A stretch of DNA of 64,000 nucleotides. Origin: Pseudomonadota bacterium (lineage in GTDB: Bacteria; Pseudomonadota; Gammaproteobacteria; Burkholderiales; JAKAFK01). The position numbers were made by a program, and so were the translations under genes. The stretch covers positions 73,481 to 137,480 of the forward strand of contig JAJYKK010000002.1 in assembly GCA_021788645.1 (NCBI GenBank), read 5' to 3'. The notes beneath the pieces were generated by a model that was given only the letters and a program-made list of their open reading frames with translations, ran no database searches and was not told the origin of the DNA. Shown here piece by piece: positions 19,232 through 28,146 of the stretch (its first letter is position 1; each line of letters opens with the position of its first letter).

Positions 19232-19549
19232 TCAGACCTGGATATTCATGATGTCCTGATAGGCGGTCACGAGCTTGTCGCGCACCTGCACCATGGTCTG
19301 AAAGCTGAGGTTGGCCTTCTGCAGCGAAATCATGACATCCTGCAAGCTCGTGCCGGACCCACCCGCCTCGAATGCCTGGGCCAGCTTGCCGGCTTCGGCC
19401 TGGGCACCGTTCACCTGATCGATCGATGCCTTCAGGAGCGCGGCAAAGTCGGCGCCACCGGACGCCGGCGCCTGGGCATCCTGGCCGCCCGCCACTTGCG
19501 ATGCGGCGCGCAACTGGCCCAACAACTGGTCAATGCCTTGCGTATTCAT
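19232..19549 (-). CDS. fliE: Flagellar hook-basal body protein FliE
   Basis: 105 aa, with conserved C-terminus (MISLQKANLSFQTMVQVRDKLVTAYQDIMNIQV). Confidence 0.93.
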   Translation of the reverse strand: MNTQGIDQLLGQLRAASQVAGGQDAQAPASGGADFAALLKASIDQVNGAQAEAGKLAQAFEAGGSGTSLQDVMISLQKANLSFQTMVQVRDKLVTAYQDIMNIQV

Positions 19550-19615
19550 CCGCGTTCCCCTTCCTCGGCCATGAGGGCGTGCCCGTGCACCCGAACCCCC
19601 TCACCACCCAATGCA

Positions 19616-19632
19616 AAGCAAAATCCGTGCCA
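19616..19632 (-). promoter_or_regulatory. Sigma-54 (RpoN) -24/-12 promoter upstream of fliE
   Basis: The minus strand reads TGGCACGGATTTTGCTT. This is an exact TGGCAC-N5-TTGC with canonical spacing. It lies about 65 nt upstream of the fliE ATG and 9 bp after the fleR stop. Confidence 0.8.
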
Positions 19633-19640
19633 TCAAGAAC

Positions 19641-20999
19641 TCAACCTTCCGTCGCCGGGAGCTCTCCGTCCGCACCTTCCTCTTCGCGGTACTGCTGCAG
19701 CTTGTAGCGCAGCGTCCGTTCGCTCATCCCGAGGCGTTGCGCCGCGAGCTTGCGCGAGCCGCCCACCGCGGCGAGCGTTTCGAGAATGTGGGCCCGCTCG
19801 AGCGACTTCATGTCCACCGCGGCGCCGGCCTGATGCGTCGCCGTGCCGCTCCTCGCGGGCTCCGGCGCGCCCGAATCCGGCAGGTACAGATGAGCGGCCT
19901 CGATCGTCTCGCCCGCTCCCAGTATGGTCGCCCGCTGGACGACATTCTCTAACTCTCGGATGTTACCGGGCCAGCGATAGCGCGTCAATCGGGCCTGCGC
20001 GTCCGCCGAGAACGCCAAGCCGCTGCGCCCCGCCGCCGTTCCGAAACGCGACAGCGATTGCCGCGCCAGCGGCAGGATATCGCCCGGCCGCTCCCTCAAG
20101 GAGGGAATGTGCAGCGGGAAGACGTTCAAGCGATAGTACAGATCTTCGCGAAAACGCCCTTTCGCGACTTCCTGCGCCAGGTCCCGGTTGGATGTCGAGA
20201 GGATGCGGACATTGAGGGCGATCGGCTTGTGCGCGCCCACGCGCTCGACTTCCCGTTCCTGCAGCACGCGCAAAAGCTTTGCCTGCAGCGCCAGCGGCAT
20301 CTCGGAGATCTCGTCCAGCAGCAAGGTCCCGTCTTGCGCCTGCTCGAACTTCCCCGCATGGGACTGGGCCGCACCCGTGAACGCCCCTTTCTCGAAGCCG
20401 AACATGGTGGACTCCAGCAAGTTCTCCGGGATCGCGGCGCAATTGATCCCGATGAAGGGCCGCGCCGCCCTGGGGGAATAGCGGTGAATATAGCGCGCGA
20501 GCACTTCCTTACCCGTCCCGCTCTCGCCCGTGATCAGTACGCTCGCCTCGCTCCCGGCGACGCGGCGCGCGAGGCCCAGCAATTCGAGGGTGTGCGGGTC
20601 CTCCGCGACGACATCCGCATCCTCACCCCGGGAGGACGGCAACATATAACGTGCGACTTCGGCCAGCAGCCGATCCGGTTCAAAGGGTTTGACCAGATAA
20701 TCGCAGGCCCCCGCGCGCATGGCCTCGACTGCCTTCTCGATCATGCCGTAGGCCGTCATCATGAGCACCGGCACGTAAGGGTAATGGGACCGAATTTCGC
20801 GCAGCAGCGCATACCCGTCCATAGGCGCCATCTGCACGTCCGTCACGACGAGCCCGAGCCGCATGCGCGCGAGGATCTCGAGGGCCTGCGCGCCGTCACC
20901 CGCCGCCGCCACTTCATACCCCGACAAGGCCAGCGTGTCGCACAGCGCTTCGCGCAGGTCGTGGTCGTCCTCCACGATCAGAATGGGCCGGGAATTCAT
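19641..20999 (-). CDS. fleR: Sigma-54-dependent response regulator (FleR/FlrC type, NtrC family)
   Basis: N-terminal receiver domain (ILIVEDDHDLRE..), AAA+ domain with GESGTGKE and GAFTGA, and a C-terminal Fis-type HTH. Confidence 0.88.
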   Translation of the reverse strand: MNSRPILIVEDDHDLREALCDTLALSGYEVAAAGDGAQALEILARMRLGLVVTDVQMAPMDGYALLREIRSHYPYVPVLMMTAYGMIEKAVEAMRAGACDYLVKPFEPDRLLAEVARYMLPSSRGEDADVVAEDPHTLELLGLARRVAGSEASVLITGESGTGKEVLARYIHRYSPRAARPFIGINCAAIPENLLESTMFGFEKGAFTGAAQSHAGKFEQAQDGTLLLDEISEMPLALQAKLLRVLQEREVERVGAHKPIALNVRILSTSNRDLAQEVAKGRFREDLYYRLNVFPLHIPSLRERPGDILPLARQSLSRFGTAAGRSGLAFSADAQARLTRYRWPGNIRELENVVQRATILGAGETIEAAHLYLPDSGAPEPARSGTATHQAGAAVDMKSLERAHILETLAAVGGSRKLAAQRLGMSERTLRYKLQQYREEEGADGELPATEG

Positions 21000-21008
21000 G
21001 GCGATCTG

Positions 21009-22202
21009 TTAAAACCTCCTGGGCGAGCCCGCCCGCGCCTCGAAGCGCGGCAGGCGAATGACGAATTCGGCCCCCCCGCCGGAGGGCGAAAGCGCCTCCA
21101 CCTCGCCCCCATGCGCGGAAATGACACCCCGCACGATCGCAAGGCCCAAGCCCGTACCGTCCGCGCGCGTCGTGAAGAAAGGCTCAAAGAGCCGCGCCCT
21201 GTGTTCCGGCGCGATGCCGCAGCCGGTATCGAGAATGCTCAGCGTCACCTGCCCGTCATCGGCGCGCGCCCGCAGGCGCACCGACCCGCCTGGCCCCGAG
21301 GCCTGCAGCGCGTTCTCCAGAATATTCAGCAACGCCCCCACGATCGCCTTGCGAGCCCCGACGATCGCCGCGCCGGCGCTTTGATCCTCCACCTCGAGCA
21401 TGACGCCGCGCTGGCTCATCTGGGGTTCGATCGTCTGGGCAAGCTCGCTCAGCAGGGACACCATCGAGATCGGCTCTGCGCCCGCCGACTCGCCCCGGAC
21501 GAAGAGCAGCATGTCCTGGATGAGCCGTTCCAGATGACGAAGTCTGTCCAACGCCTTCTCGGCAAACCGGATGCGCTCGGCATCGAGAAGCCGCTGGGGC
21601 TTCGCCAGATTGGCGGTATACAGCAAGGCCGTGGCAAGAGGCGTGCGCAGCTGGTGGGCCAGGCTCGCCGCCATCTGTCCCATGGAGGACAGGCGCTGGT
21701 GGCGTTCGAGCTGTTCCGAGAGGCGGTGCGATGCGGTGATATCCTGCACGAGCAGGACGGTGCCCCCATCGTCCCAGGCGGCGTCCCCGATGTTGAGCCG
21801 GCGCGCCCCGTCCTCGCCGGCCGCGGCAAGCACATATTCGGAGGGGGTTTCGGTCCCCTGCAGACGCTCGCCCATCACGGCGTCCCAGGCACGGCCGGCG
21901 ACCGCTTCGCCGAACAGCGCCTTGGCCACCGGATTGGCCTCCGCCACGCAGCCTGCGGGGTCAAGCACCAGCACACCGCCCGGCAACACCTCGAGCAGGC
22001 GCGCAAGCCGCCGGGACAAGGCATCCTTCTCTTCGAGCTGGCGGCGCAGCTCGCTATTGGCGACCGCCAATTCCTGCGTCAGCCGCGCGACCTGGGCCTG
22101 CAAATCCTGGTAGGCGCCGGCCAACTGCAACGAGGTTTCATTGAACAGGCTGAACGCCTGCTCGAGATCCTGCGCGCTCAAGCGCGGCGAATTTTGCGAC
22201 AA
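21009..22202 (-). CDS. fleS: Cytoplasmic PAS sensor histidine kinase (FleS/FlrB type)
   Basis: H-box SLAHQLRTPL, HATPase motifs (DTGCGI, GTGLGLAIV), and no TM segments. The most likely start is TTG at 22202, with AGGAAG 8 nt upstream and an N-terminus matching the FleS-like LEQAFSLFN region. The maximal ORF runs to 22298. Confidence 0.85.
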   Translation of the reverse strand: MSQNSPRLSAQDLEQAFSLFNETSLQLAGAYQDLQAQVARLTQELAVANSELRRQLEEKDALSRRLARLLEVLPGGVLVLDPAGCVAEANPVAKALFGEAVAGRAWDAVMGERLQGTETPSEYVLAAAGEDGARRLNIGDAAWDDGGTVLLVQDITASHRLSEQLERHQRLSSMGQMAASLAHQLRTPLATALLYTANLAKPQRLLDAERIRFAEKALDRLRHLERLIQDMLLFVRGESAGAEPISMVSLLSELAQTIEPQMSQRGVMLEVEDQSAGAAIVGARKAIVGALLNILENALQASGPGGSVRLRARADDGQVTLSILDTGCGIAPEHRARLFEPFFTTRADGTGLGLAIVRGVISAHGGEVEALSPSGGGAEFVIRLPRFEARAGSPRRF

Positions 22203-22457
22203 TGCATGGACTTCCTGCAGTTCACGAATGCGCCGATTGTACCGCGCGCAGCAAATCGAAAGAAAGTATCGACGCCATGCGCGGCGGCGGGACGCCAAAC
22301 GCCGGTCCAGCCCGCTCGCCGGAAGCCGATTCTATCGAGGCCTCCGCGTACCCGTGACCGGGAAACGGGCGCGGGTCTTCGGCAACCAGGGGAGGGGCCG
22401 AGGCCCACGTCAGGCGATGCGCGTTCATGCTGCTGCCACGCGGTTCGCCGCACGCTA

Positions 22458-22484
22458 TCAAGTTTTGCAAGGCTGCGCCGATAG
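22458..22484 (+). promoter_or_regulatory. Sigma-28 (FliA) class-3-type flagellar promoter
   Basis: TCAAGTTT-N11-GCCGATAG compared with consensus TAAAGTTT-N11-GCCGATAA. It is oriented toward the cheV operon, about 300 nt upstream of the cheV ATG. Confidence 0.7.
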
Positions 22485-22613
22485 AACCGTTCGAAGCCTT
22501 GGATTCGGGAAGGACCATCACGCATGATCGAGCAGGAACAAGCGCACCGCCTCGGCCCGCCGCGGCCGCGGAGGACGGTGCATGCGGCGGGGACCGGGCC
22601 GTCCCCCAACGCG

Positions 22614-22629
22614 CCGGCCGATCGGCCGG
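22614..22629. repeat. Perfect 16-bp palindrome CCGGCCGATCGGCCGG in the che leader
   Basis: Read directly from the sequence. It is flanked by two further GC hairpins (22589-22606 and 22635-22655). Confidence 0.9.
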
Positions 22630-22784
22630 GCAGGCCCCGCACCGCGATGGCGGGGCACCACCTCGAACATGCCGTCAAAGATGACATTTTCGCGTACAAT
22701 CGCTTCCTGACCCGGGACGGTTGTTATTTTTCACAGCCAGAAGGCATGATCCGTTCTCACACCTCCCTATCCGGAGCCTAGCAC

Positions 22785-23726
22785 ATGTCGGACCTGCTCA
22801 AGAAAATCGATGCCCGCACCAAGCTCGCCGGCACGAACAAGCTCGAGATCCTGCTCTTCACGCTGGGCGTCGACGCCCGCTCCGGGCGCAAGGAGGTGTT
22901 TGGCATCAACGTCTTCAAGGTGCGCGAAGTCATGCGGGTGCCCGAAATCACGCGGGCGCCGGACATGCCGCCTGCGGTGGAAGGCATGATCAGCCTGCGC
23001 GGTGCGCTGGTGCCGGTGGTCGACCTTGCCAAATACACCGGCATCGAGGCCGAAGGCAGCCGCGACATCATGATCGTCACCGAATACAACGGGCGCACGC
23101 AAGGCTTCCTGGTGGAGGCGGTCGATACCATCTTGCGTTTGGACTGGTCGGCGATGCGCGTGCCGCCGGACATGCTGACCGCGCAGATGGGAGGGCTCGT
23201 CACCGCCGTGACGGAGTTGCCGGATGGCCGGCTCGTCATGATGATGGACGTGGAAAAGGTGCTTTCCGAGACCACCCACTACGACGACAGCCACCTGTTC
23301 GCCGGCCTGGCGCCCCTGGGGCGCACGGACCGGACGGTGTTTTTCGCCGACGACTCGTCGGTCGCGCGCAAGCAAATCGAGCGCACCCTCGACGCCATGG
23401 GGGTCAAATACATCAGTGCGATCAACGGGTTGGCTGCATGGAACGAATTGCAGAAGCTCGCCGCGCAGGCGGAGATGCGGCAGATGCCGGTGACGGACAT
23501 GATCCAGGTGATCCTGACCGACGTGGAAATGCCGGAAATGGATGGATACGTGCTCACCAAGAAGGTCAAGACCGATGCACGCTTCCAGGGTATTCCGGTG
23601 ATCATGCACTCGTCTTTGAGCAGCATAGCCAATCAGAAGCTCGGGATGTCGGTCGGCGTCGACGACTACGTCCCGAAGTTCGAGCCGCAGAAGCTGGCTG
23701 AGACGCTCACGCGCCTGCTCAATTGA
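22785..23726 (+). CDS. cheV: Chemotaxis coupling protein CheV (CheW-like domain + receiver domain), copy 1
   Basis: N-terminal CheW-like domain (LEILLFTLG...FGINVFKVREV) and a C-terminal REC domain (VFFADDSSVARK...LTDVEMPEMDG...K). 313 aa. Confidence 0.9.
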   Translation: MSDLLKKIDARTKLAGTNKLEILLFTLGVDARSGRKEVFGINVFKVREVMRVPEITRAPDMPPAVEGMISLRGALVPVVDLAKYTGIEAEGSRDIMIVTEYNGRTQGFLVEAVDTILRLDWSAMRVPPDMLTAQMGGLVTAVTELPDGRLVMMMDVEKVLSETTHYDDSHLFAGLAPLGRTDRTVFFADDSSVARKQIERTLDAMGVKYISAINGLAAWNELQKLAAQAEMRQMPVTDMIQVILTDVEMPEMDGYVLTKKVKTDARFQGIPVIMHSSLSSIANQKLGMSVGVDDYVPKFEPQKLAETLTRLLN

Positions 23727-23778
23727 ACCCGGTGTTCAGCGTGAACGGCAAAGACTTCCCTCCTAAGGTGACTGAGCT

Positions 23779-24720
23779 ATGACCAACGTATTGTCCGCGG
23801 CGCCTCTGCTCGATTCGATCGACGTACGCGCCAAGCTCGCCGGCTCGAACAAGATGGAGATTCTCCTGTTCTCCCTGGGGACGCGGGAGCTGTTCGGCAT
23901 CAACGTCTTCAAGGTGCGCGAGGTCAGTCAGACGCCGCCGATCACCAAGACGCCCAACATGCCGCATGGCGTGGAGGGCGTCATCAGCCTGCGCGGCAAC
24001 ATCATTCCGGTCATCGCGCTCTCGAAGCTCCTGCATCTTCAAACCGAACCCGACGATGCCGAAAGCACGATGATCGTCACGGAATTTTCCCGCCGCACGC
24101 AGGGCTTCCTGGTCCACAGCGTGGACCGCATCGTGCGCGTGGACTGGGAGCGGGTCAAACCGCCGGAAGCCATGCTGGCGGGCAACGAAAGCCTGATCAC
24201 CGCGATCACCGAGCTCGACGACGGGAAGCTGGTGTCCATCCTCGATGTGGAACAGATCCTGGCCAACGCCATCGGCGAGCCCCCCATGCCGGAGCTTCCC
24301 CCGATCCACAGCGACGAAGACATCTCCGTCTTCTTTGCCGACGACTCGGTGGTCGCCCGCAAGGAGATCATCGGCGTGCTGGAAAAACTGGGGGTCCGGT
24401 ACACGCAATCTCACGACGGCCGCGATGCCTGGGACAAGCTGCAGGCGCTCGCCAACCGCGCGGCGCTCGACAAGATGCCGCTGCATGATCACATCAAGCT
24501 GATCCTGGTCGACGCCGAGATGCCCGAGATGGACGGTTACGTGCTCACCAAGAACATCAAGTCCGACCCGCGCTTCTCCGGCATTCCCGTGGTCATGCAT
24601 TCTTCCTTGTCCTCGGAGGCCAACAAGGCCATGGGCAAGCAGGTCGGCGTGGATGCGTATGTGGCAAAATTTGATCCTGTGGTCCTGTCCGAAACCCTGC
24701 GTCCCATGCTTAGCCGGTAG
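23779..24720 (+). CDS. cheV: Chemotaxis coupling protein CheV, copy 2 (tandem paralog)
   Basis: Same architecture and the same length (313 aa) as copy 1. Roughly half the residues are identical by eye. Confidence 0.9.
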   Translation: MTNVLSAAPLLDSIDVRAKLAGSNKMEILLFSLGTRELFGINVFKVREVSQTPPITKTPNMPHGVEGVISLRGNIIPVIALSKLLHLQTEPDDAESTMIVTEFSRRTQGFLVHSVDRIVRVDWERVKPPEAMLAGNESLITAITELDDGKLVSILDVEQILANAIGEPPMPELPPIHSDEDISVFFADDSVVARKEIIGVLEKLGVRYTQSHDGRDAWDKLQALANRAALDKMPLHDHIKLILVDAEMPEMDGYVLTKNIKSDPRFSGIPVVMHSSLSSEANKAMGKQVGVDAYVAKFDPVVLSETLRPMLSR

Positions 24721-24855
24721 GAAAAGAACCGATGCGCCTCGCGCCCAGCATGCAAAGCCCGCGCCCGACCCAGGCCCCGCCGCCGCGCACCGCCTGCCCG
24801 CGGCTTGGCGACTGCGTTGATTTTCTCGATCCCCCTCATCCGTGCGGAGCGGTTC

Positions 24856-25245
24856 ATGGCCGATAAGAATATCAAGTTTTTGATTGTCGACGATTTCTCG
24901 ACGATGCGGCGCATCGTGCGCAATCTGCTGAAGGAATTGGGATTCAACAACGCCGACGAGGCGGAGGACGGTGTCGCTGCCTTGCACAAGCTGCATGGCG
25001 GCGGCTTCGAGTTCGTGGTGAGCGATTGGAACATGCCGAACATGACCGGCCTCGAACTCCTCAAGGCGATCCGCGCCGATGCCGGGCTGAAGCACCTGCC
25101 CGTGCTCATGATCACGGCCGAGGCGAAAAAGGAGAACATCATCGAGGCCGCGCAGGCGGGTGCCAGCGGCTACATCGTGAAGCCGTTCACCGCGGCGACG
25201 CTCGAAGAGAAGCTGAACAAAATCTTCGAGAAGGTCGGCAAGTGA
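24856..25245 (+). CDS. cheY: Chemotaxis response regulator CheY
   Basis: [21 protein letters not shown]...DWNMPNMTG...GYIVKPF. GGAG RBS. The track ORF start at 24805 is over-extended. Confidence 0.95.
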   Translation: MADKNIKFLIVDDFSTMRRIVRNLLKELGFNNADEAEDGVAALHKLHGGGFEFVVSDWNMPNMTGLELLKAIRADAGLKHLPVLMITAEAKKENIIEAAQAGASGYIVKPFTAATLEEKLNKIFEKVGK

Positions 25246-25379
25246 CGCGCCTGCGGGCATCTCGAACGGAAGCGTTTCATCTGGCACAGGAAGGACGGCG
25301 GCGCGACGCCACTCATAACCAATCCACCGGATTCGTTGGAGTCTCTCGCGTTAGGCAAGGATAAGAAAAGGAGATCAAT

Positions 25380-26102
25380 GTGACGAGCGAGAACGCGGAC
25401 TCCGCAGAACTGGAAGCGCTGTTTGACAGCATCGTCGATGCCGCGCACGCGCCGTCGACGGAGGAAGCGCCGCCACCGAAAGCGGCGCCTTCTGACACGC
25501 CAGAATTGGTCTACGAGCGGCTCGGGCACATGACCCGCCAGCTGCACAACATGCTGCGCGAGCTCGGCTACGAAGAAAAACTGCAGGAAGCGGCGCAGTA
25601 TATCCCCGACGCCCGGGACCGCTTGAACTATATTGCCGTGCTGACCGAACAGGCGGCCGAACGTGTCCTCAACGCGACCGATGCCGCGAAGCCTTTGCAG
25701 GATCAGCTGGCCGCCGAGGCGACCCTGCTGGGAGGCGAATGGAAGCGCTTGTTCGATCGCGCCTTGAGCATCGACGAGTTCAAGCGGCTGGTCGGCAAGA
25801 CCCGCGACTATTTGGGCGCGGTGCCCGAGAAAACCCGCGCCACCAACGAACAGCTCACCGAGATCATGATGGCGCAGGATTTCCAGGATCTGACGGGCCA
25901 GGTGATCAAGAAAACCGTCGAGATGGCCCAACAGCTGGAGCAGGGCCTGGTCCAGCTGCTGCTCATGACCACGCCGGCGGAGAAGCGGACGGAAGTCGAC
26001 CAAGGCCTCCTCAATGGCCCCGTCATCAATTCGGAAGGCCGCACCGACGTGGTCACGAACCAGGCGCAGGTGGACGACTTGCTCGAGAGCCTGGGGTTCT
26101 AG
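25380..26102 (+). CDS. cheZ: CheY-P phosphatase CheZ
   Basis: GTG start with AAAAGGAG RBS. Catalytic-region motif MAQDFQDLTGQVIKK. C-terminal CheY-binding peptide (QVDDLLESLGF). Confidence 0.92.
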   Translation: MTSENADSAELEALFDSIVDAAHAPSTEEAPPPKAAPSDTPELVYERLGHMTRQLHNMLRELGYEEKLQEAAQYIPDARDRLNYIAVLTEQAAERVLNATDAAKPLQDQLAAEATLLGGEWKRLFDRALSIDEFKRLVGKTRDYLGAVPEKTRATNEQLTEIMMAQDFQDLTGQVIKKTVEMAQQLEQGLVQLLLMTTPAEKRTEVDQGLLNGPVINSEGRTDVVTNQAQVDDLLESLGF

Positions 26103-26154
26103 GTCTCGCGACCGGCAGGGGCGCATCGCTTAATAGCTGATAGGGAAGCCGAGA

Positions 26155-27966
26155 ATGAGTGAATTTGGCGAGATGGAAGAGCTGCTGCAAGATTTCTTGC
26201 TGGAGGCCAGCGAGCTGTTGTCGGAGGTCGACAACAAGCTGGTCGAGCTCGAGAAGCGTCCCAACGATACGGCGCTGCTCCACGATATTTTCCGTGGCTT
26301 TCACACCATCAAGGGCGGGGCCGGCTTCCTCAACGTGAACGAACTCGTGGCCCTGTGCCACCGCACGGAAAGCCTGTTCGACAAGCTGCGCAACGGCCAG
26401 CTCAAGCTGACACCGGAAATCATGGACACCATCATGGCGGCCACCGGGGTAGTGCGCGACATGTTCCAGGACTTGAGCGGCCGACAAATGCCGGGGCCTG
26501 CCCAAAAGAGCCTGCTGGATGCCCTCGACGCCGCCATCGCCGGCCAGCAGGCGCCGGCCGCCGCACCTAAGGCCGCGGCCTCCGCCGCGCAGGCGTCAGC
26601 GCCCGCCCAGGGCAGCGGACCCGACTGGAACGTCCTCTACCAGGCCTTGGTCGGCGAGGCGACGCCGCAGCCCTCGGCGTCCCCGCCCGAGCCGCCCCCT
26701 GCCCCGGAAGCGGCCGAGCCTGCGCTCGCCCCGCCTTCGCGCCTGCCCGCCGTGCAGAACCAGCCGGCCCCCAAGGAAACGACGATCCGCATCGACACCG
26801 AGCGGCTCGATCAGGTCCTTAACCTCTCCGGCGAAATCGGCCTCACCAAGAACCGCCTGACGTGCTTGCGCGCCGATATCCTGCAGGGCAAGAGCGACGG
26901 CGAAACGTTGCGCGCGCTGGACGAAGCGGTCAACCAGCTCGACCTGCTGGTCGGCGATCTGCAAAACGCGGTGATGAAGACGCGCATGCAGCCGATCGGG
27001 CGGCTCTTCCAGAAATATCCGCGCCTCGCCCGCGATCTCGCCCGTCAACTGGGCAAGGACGTGGAACTCGTCATTTCCGGCGAAGAGACGGAACTCGACA
27101 AGACGATGATCGAGGATCTCAACGACCCGCTCGTCCACCTGGTGCGCAACGCCGTGGACCATGGCATCGAAGACCGGGCGGAGCGCGAGGCCGCGGGCAA
27201 GCCCGCCAAGAGCGTCATTCGGCTTTCCGCGACCCAGATCGGGGACCACATCATCATCGAGATATCGGACGAGGGCCGGGGCATGCGGCCGGAAGTCATT
27301 CGCCAGAAGGCCGTCGAGAAGGGCATCATCGAAGCGGATGCGGCCAATACGCTGGACGATCGCCAAAGCCTGAATCTGATCTTCCTGCCGGGATTTTCGA
27401 CCAAGGACACCATCTCGAACGTGTCCGGCCGAGGGGTCGGGATGGATGTGGTGAAGACCAACATCTCGCGCCTGAACGGTCGCATCGACGTGATCTCCGT
27501 GCCCGGCGAAGGGAGTACCTTCACCATCTCCTTGCCGTTGACCCTGGCGATCCTGCCCGTCCTGGTCGTGGGGTTGGGGCGCCAGCCCTTCGCCATCCCG
27601 CTCTCGCTGGTCAGGGAGATCATCCCGATCGATCCGGAAGCGGTGCAGCGCGTTTCGGGCCGTGCCACACTCGTGGTGCGCGAAGAGGTGCTGCCGATCC
27701 GCACGCTCGCCAGTCTGATCGGCTGGCCCGAGGCGGGTCCCGCGGCCTACGGCGTGCTGATGCAGTGCGGGGATACCGCGTTCGTCCTGGCCATCGACAA
27801 CTTCATCGGGCGAGACGATGTCGTCATCAAGCCTCTGCTGGACATCAAGCCGAAGGGCATCGCGGGTGCCACGCTCTCGGGCGACGGTTCCATCGTGCTG
27901 GTGCTCGACATGGAGGAATTGCTCGCGGTCGGGGCGCCGTCAGGCGCCCAGGCCGCCTTTGCCTGA
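26155..27966 (+). CDS. cheA: Chemotaxis histidine kinase CheA (P1-linker-P3-P4-P5; no recognisable P2)
   Basis: HPt motif FHTIKGGAG, HATPase motifs (HLVRNAVDHG, GRGVGMDVV), and a C-terminal CheW-like domain. 603 aa. Confidence 0.93.
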   Translation: MSEFGEMEELLQDFLLEASELLSEVDNKLVELEKRPNDTALLHDIFRGFHTIKGGAGFLNVNELVALCHRTESLFDKLRNGQLKLTPEIMDTIMAATGVVRDMFQDLSGRQMPGPAQKSLLDALDAAIAGQQAPAAAPKAAASAAQASAPAQGSGPDWNVLYQALVGEATPQPSASPPEPPPAPEAAEPALAPPSRLPAVQNQPAPKETTIRIDTERLDQVLNLSGEIGLTKNRLTCLRADILQGKSDGETLRALDEAVNQLDLLVGDLQNAVMKTRMQPIGRLFQKYPRLARDLARQLGKDVELVISGEETELDKTMIEDLNDPLVHLVRNAVDHGIEDRAEREAAGKPAKSVIRLSATQIGDHIIIEISDEGRGMRPEVIRQKAVEKGIIEADAANTLDDRQSLNLIFLPGFSTKDTISNVSGRGVGMDVVKTNISRLNGRIDVISVPGEGSTFTISLPLTLAILPVLVVGLGRQPFAIPLSLVREIIPIDPEAVQRVSGRATLVVREEVLPIRTLASLIGWPEAGPAAYGVLMQCGDTAFVLAIDNFIGRDDVVIKPLLDIKPKGIAGATLSGDGSIVLVLDMEELLAVGAPSGAQAAFA

Positions 27967-28146
27967 TCGGGCCGCCAATGACAACAACAGCCCTGCGGAA
28001 AATGCGGCCCGCCCCGTCCGGGCGCGAGACGCCGCGGCGCCGAGATGAGGACGGCCTTGTGGCCGTCGGCGGTCGCCGTGACGCCGCGCGCATGCAAGGC
28101 CGCCGCGGCGCCTTTCGTCAACATCGATTATTCGGAATGCACAGCC

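Noticed and set aside
17390-22484. 941-aa (17390-20215) and 808-aa (20058-22484) plus-strand ORFs
   Set aside because: They are antisense to fliF/fliE/fleR/fleS. The sequence is low-complexity Arg/Pro/Gly-rich with no recognisable motifs, and the real genes on the opposite strand explain the open frames.
24856-24867. GCCGATAA (sigma-28 -10-like) sequence
   Set aside because: It is simply the first codons of cheY (ATG GCC GAT AAG). No matching -35 TAAAG lies at the right distance.
25282-25297. CTGGCACAGGAAGGACG in the cheY-cheZ gap as a sigma-54 promoter
   Set aside because: It has the -24 TGGCAC but no GC at -12 (A-C at the required position). It is probably a chance occurrence.
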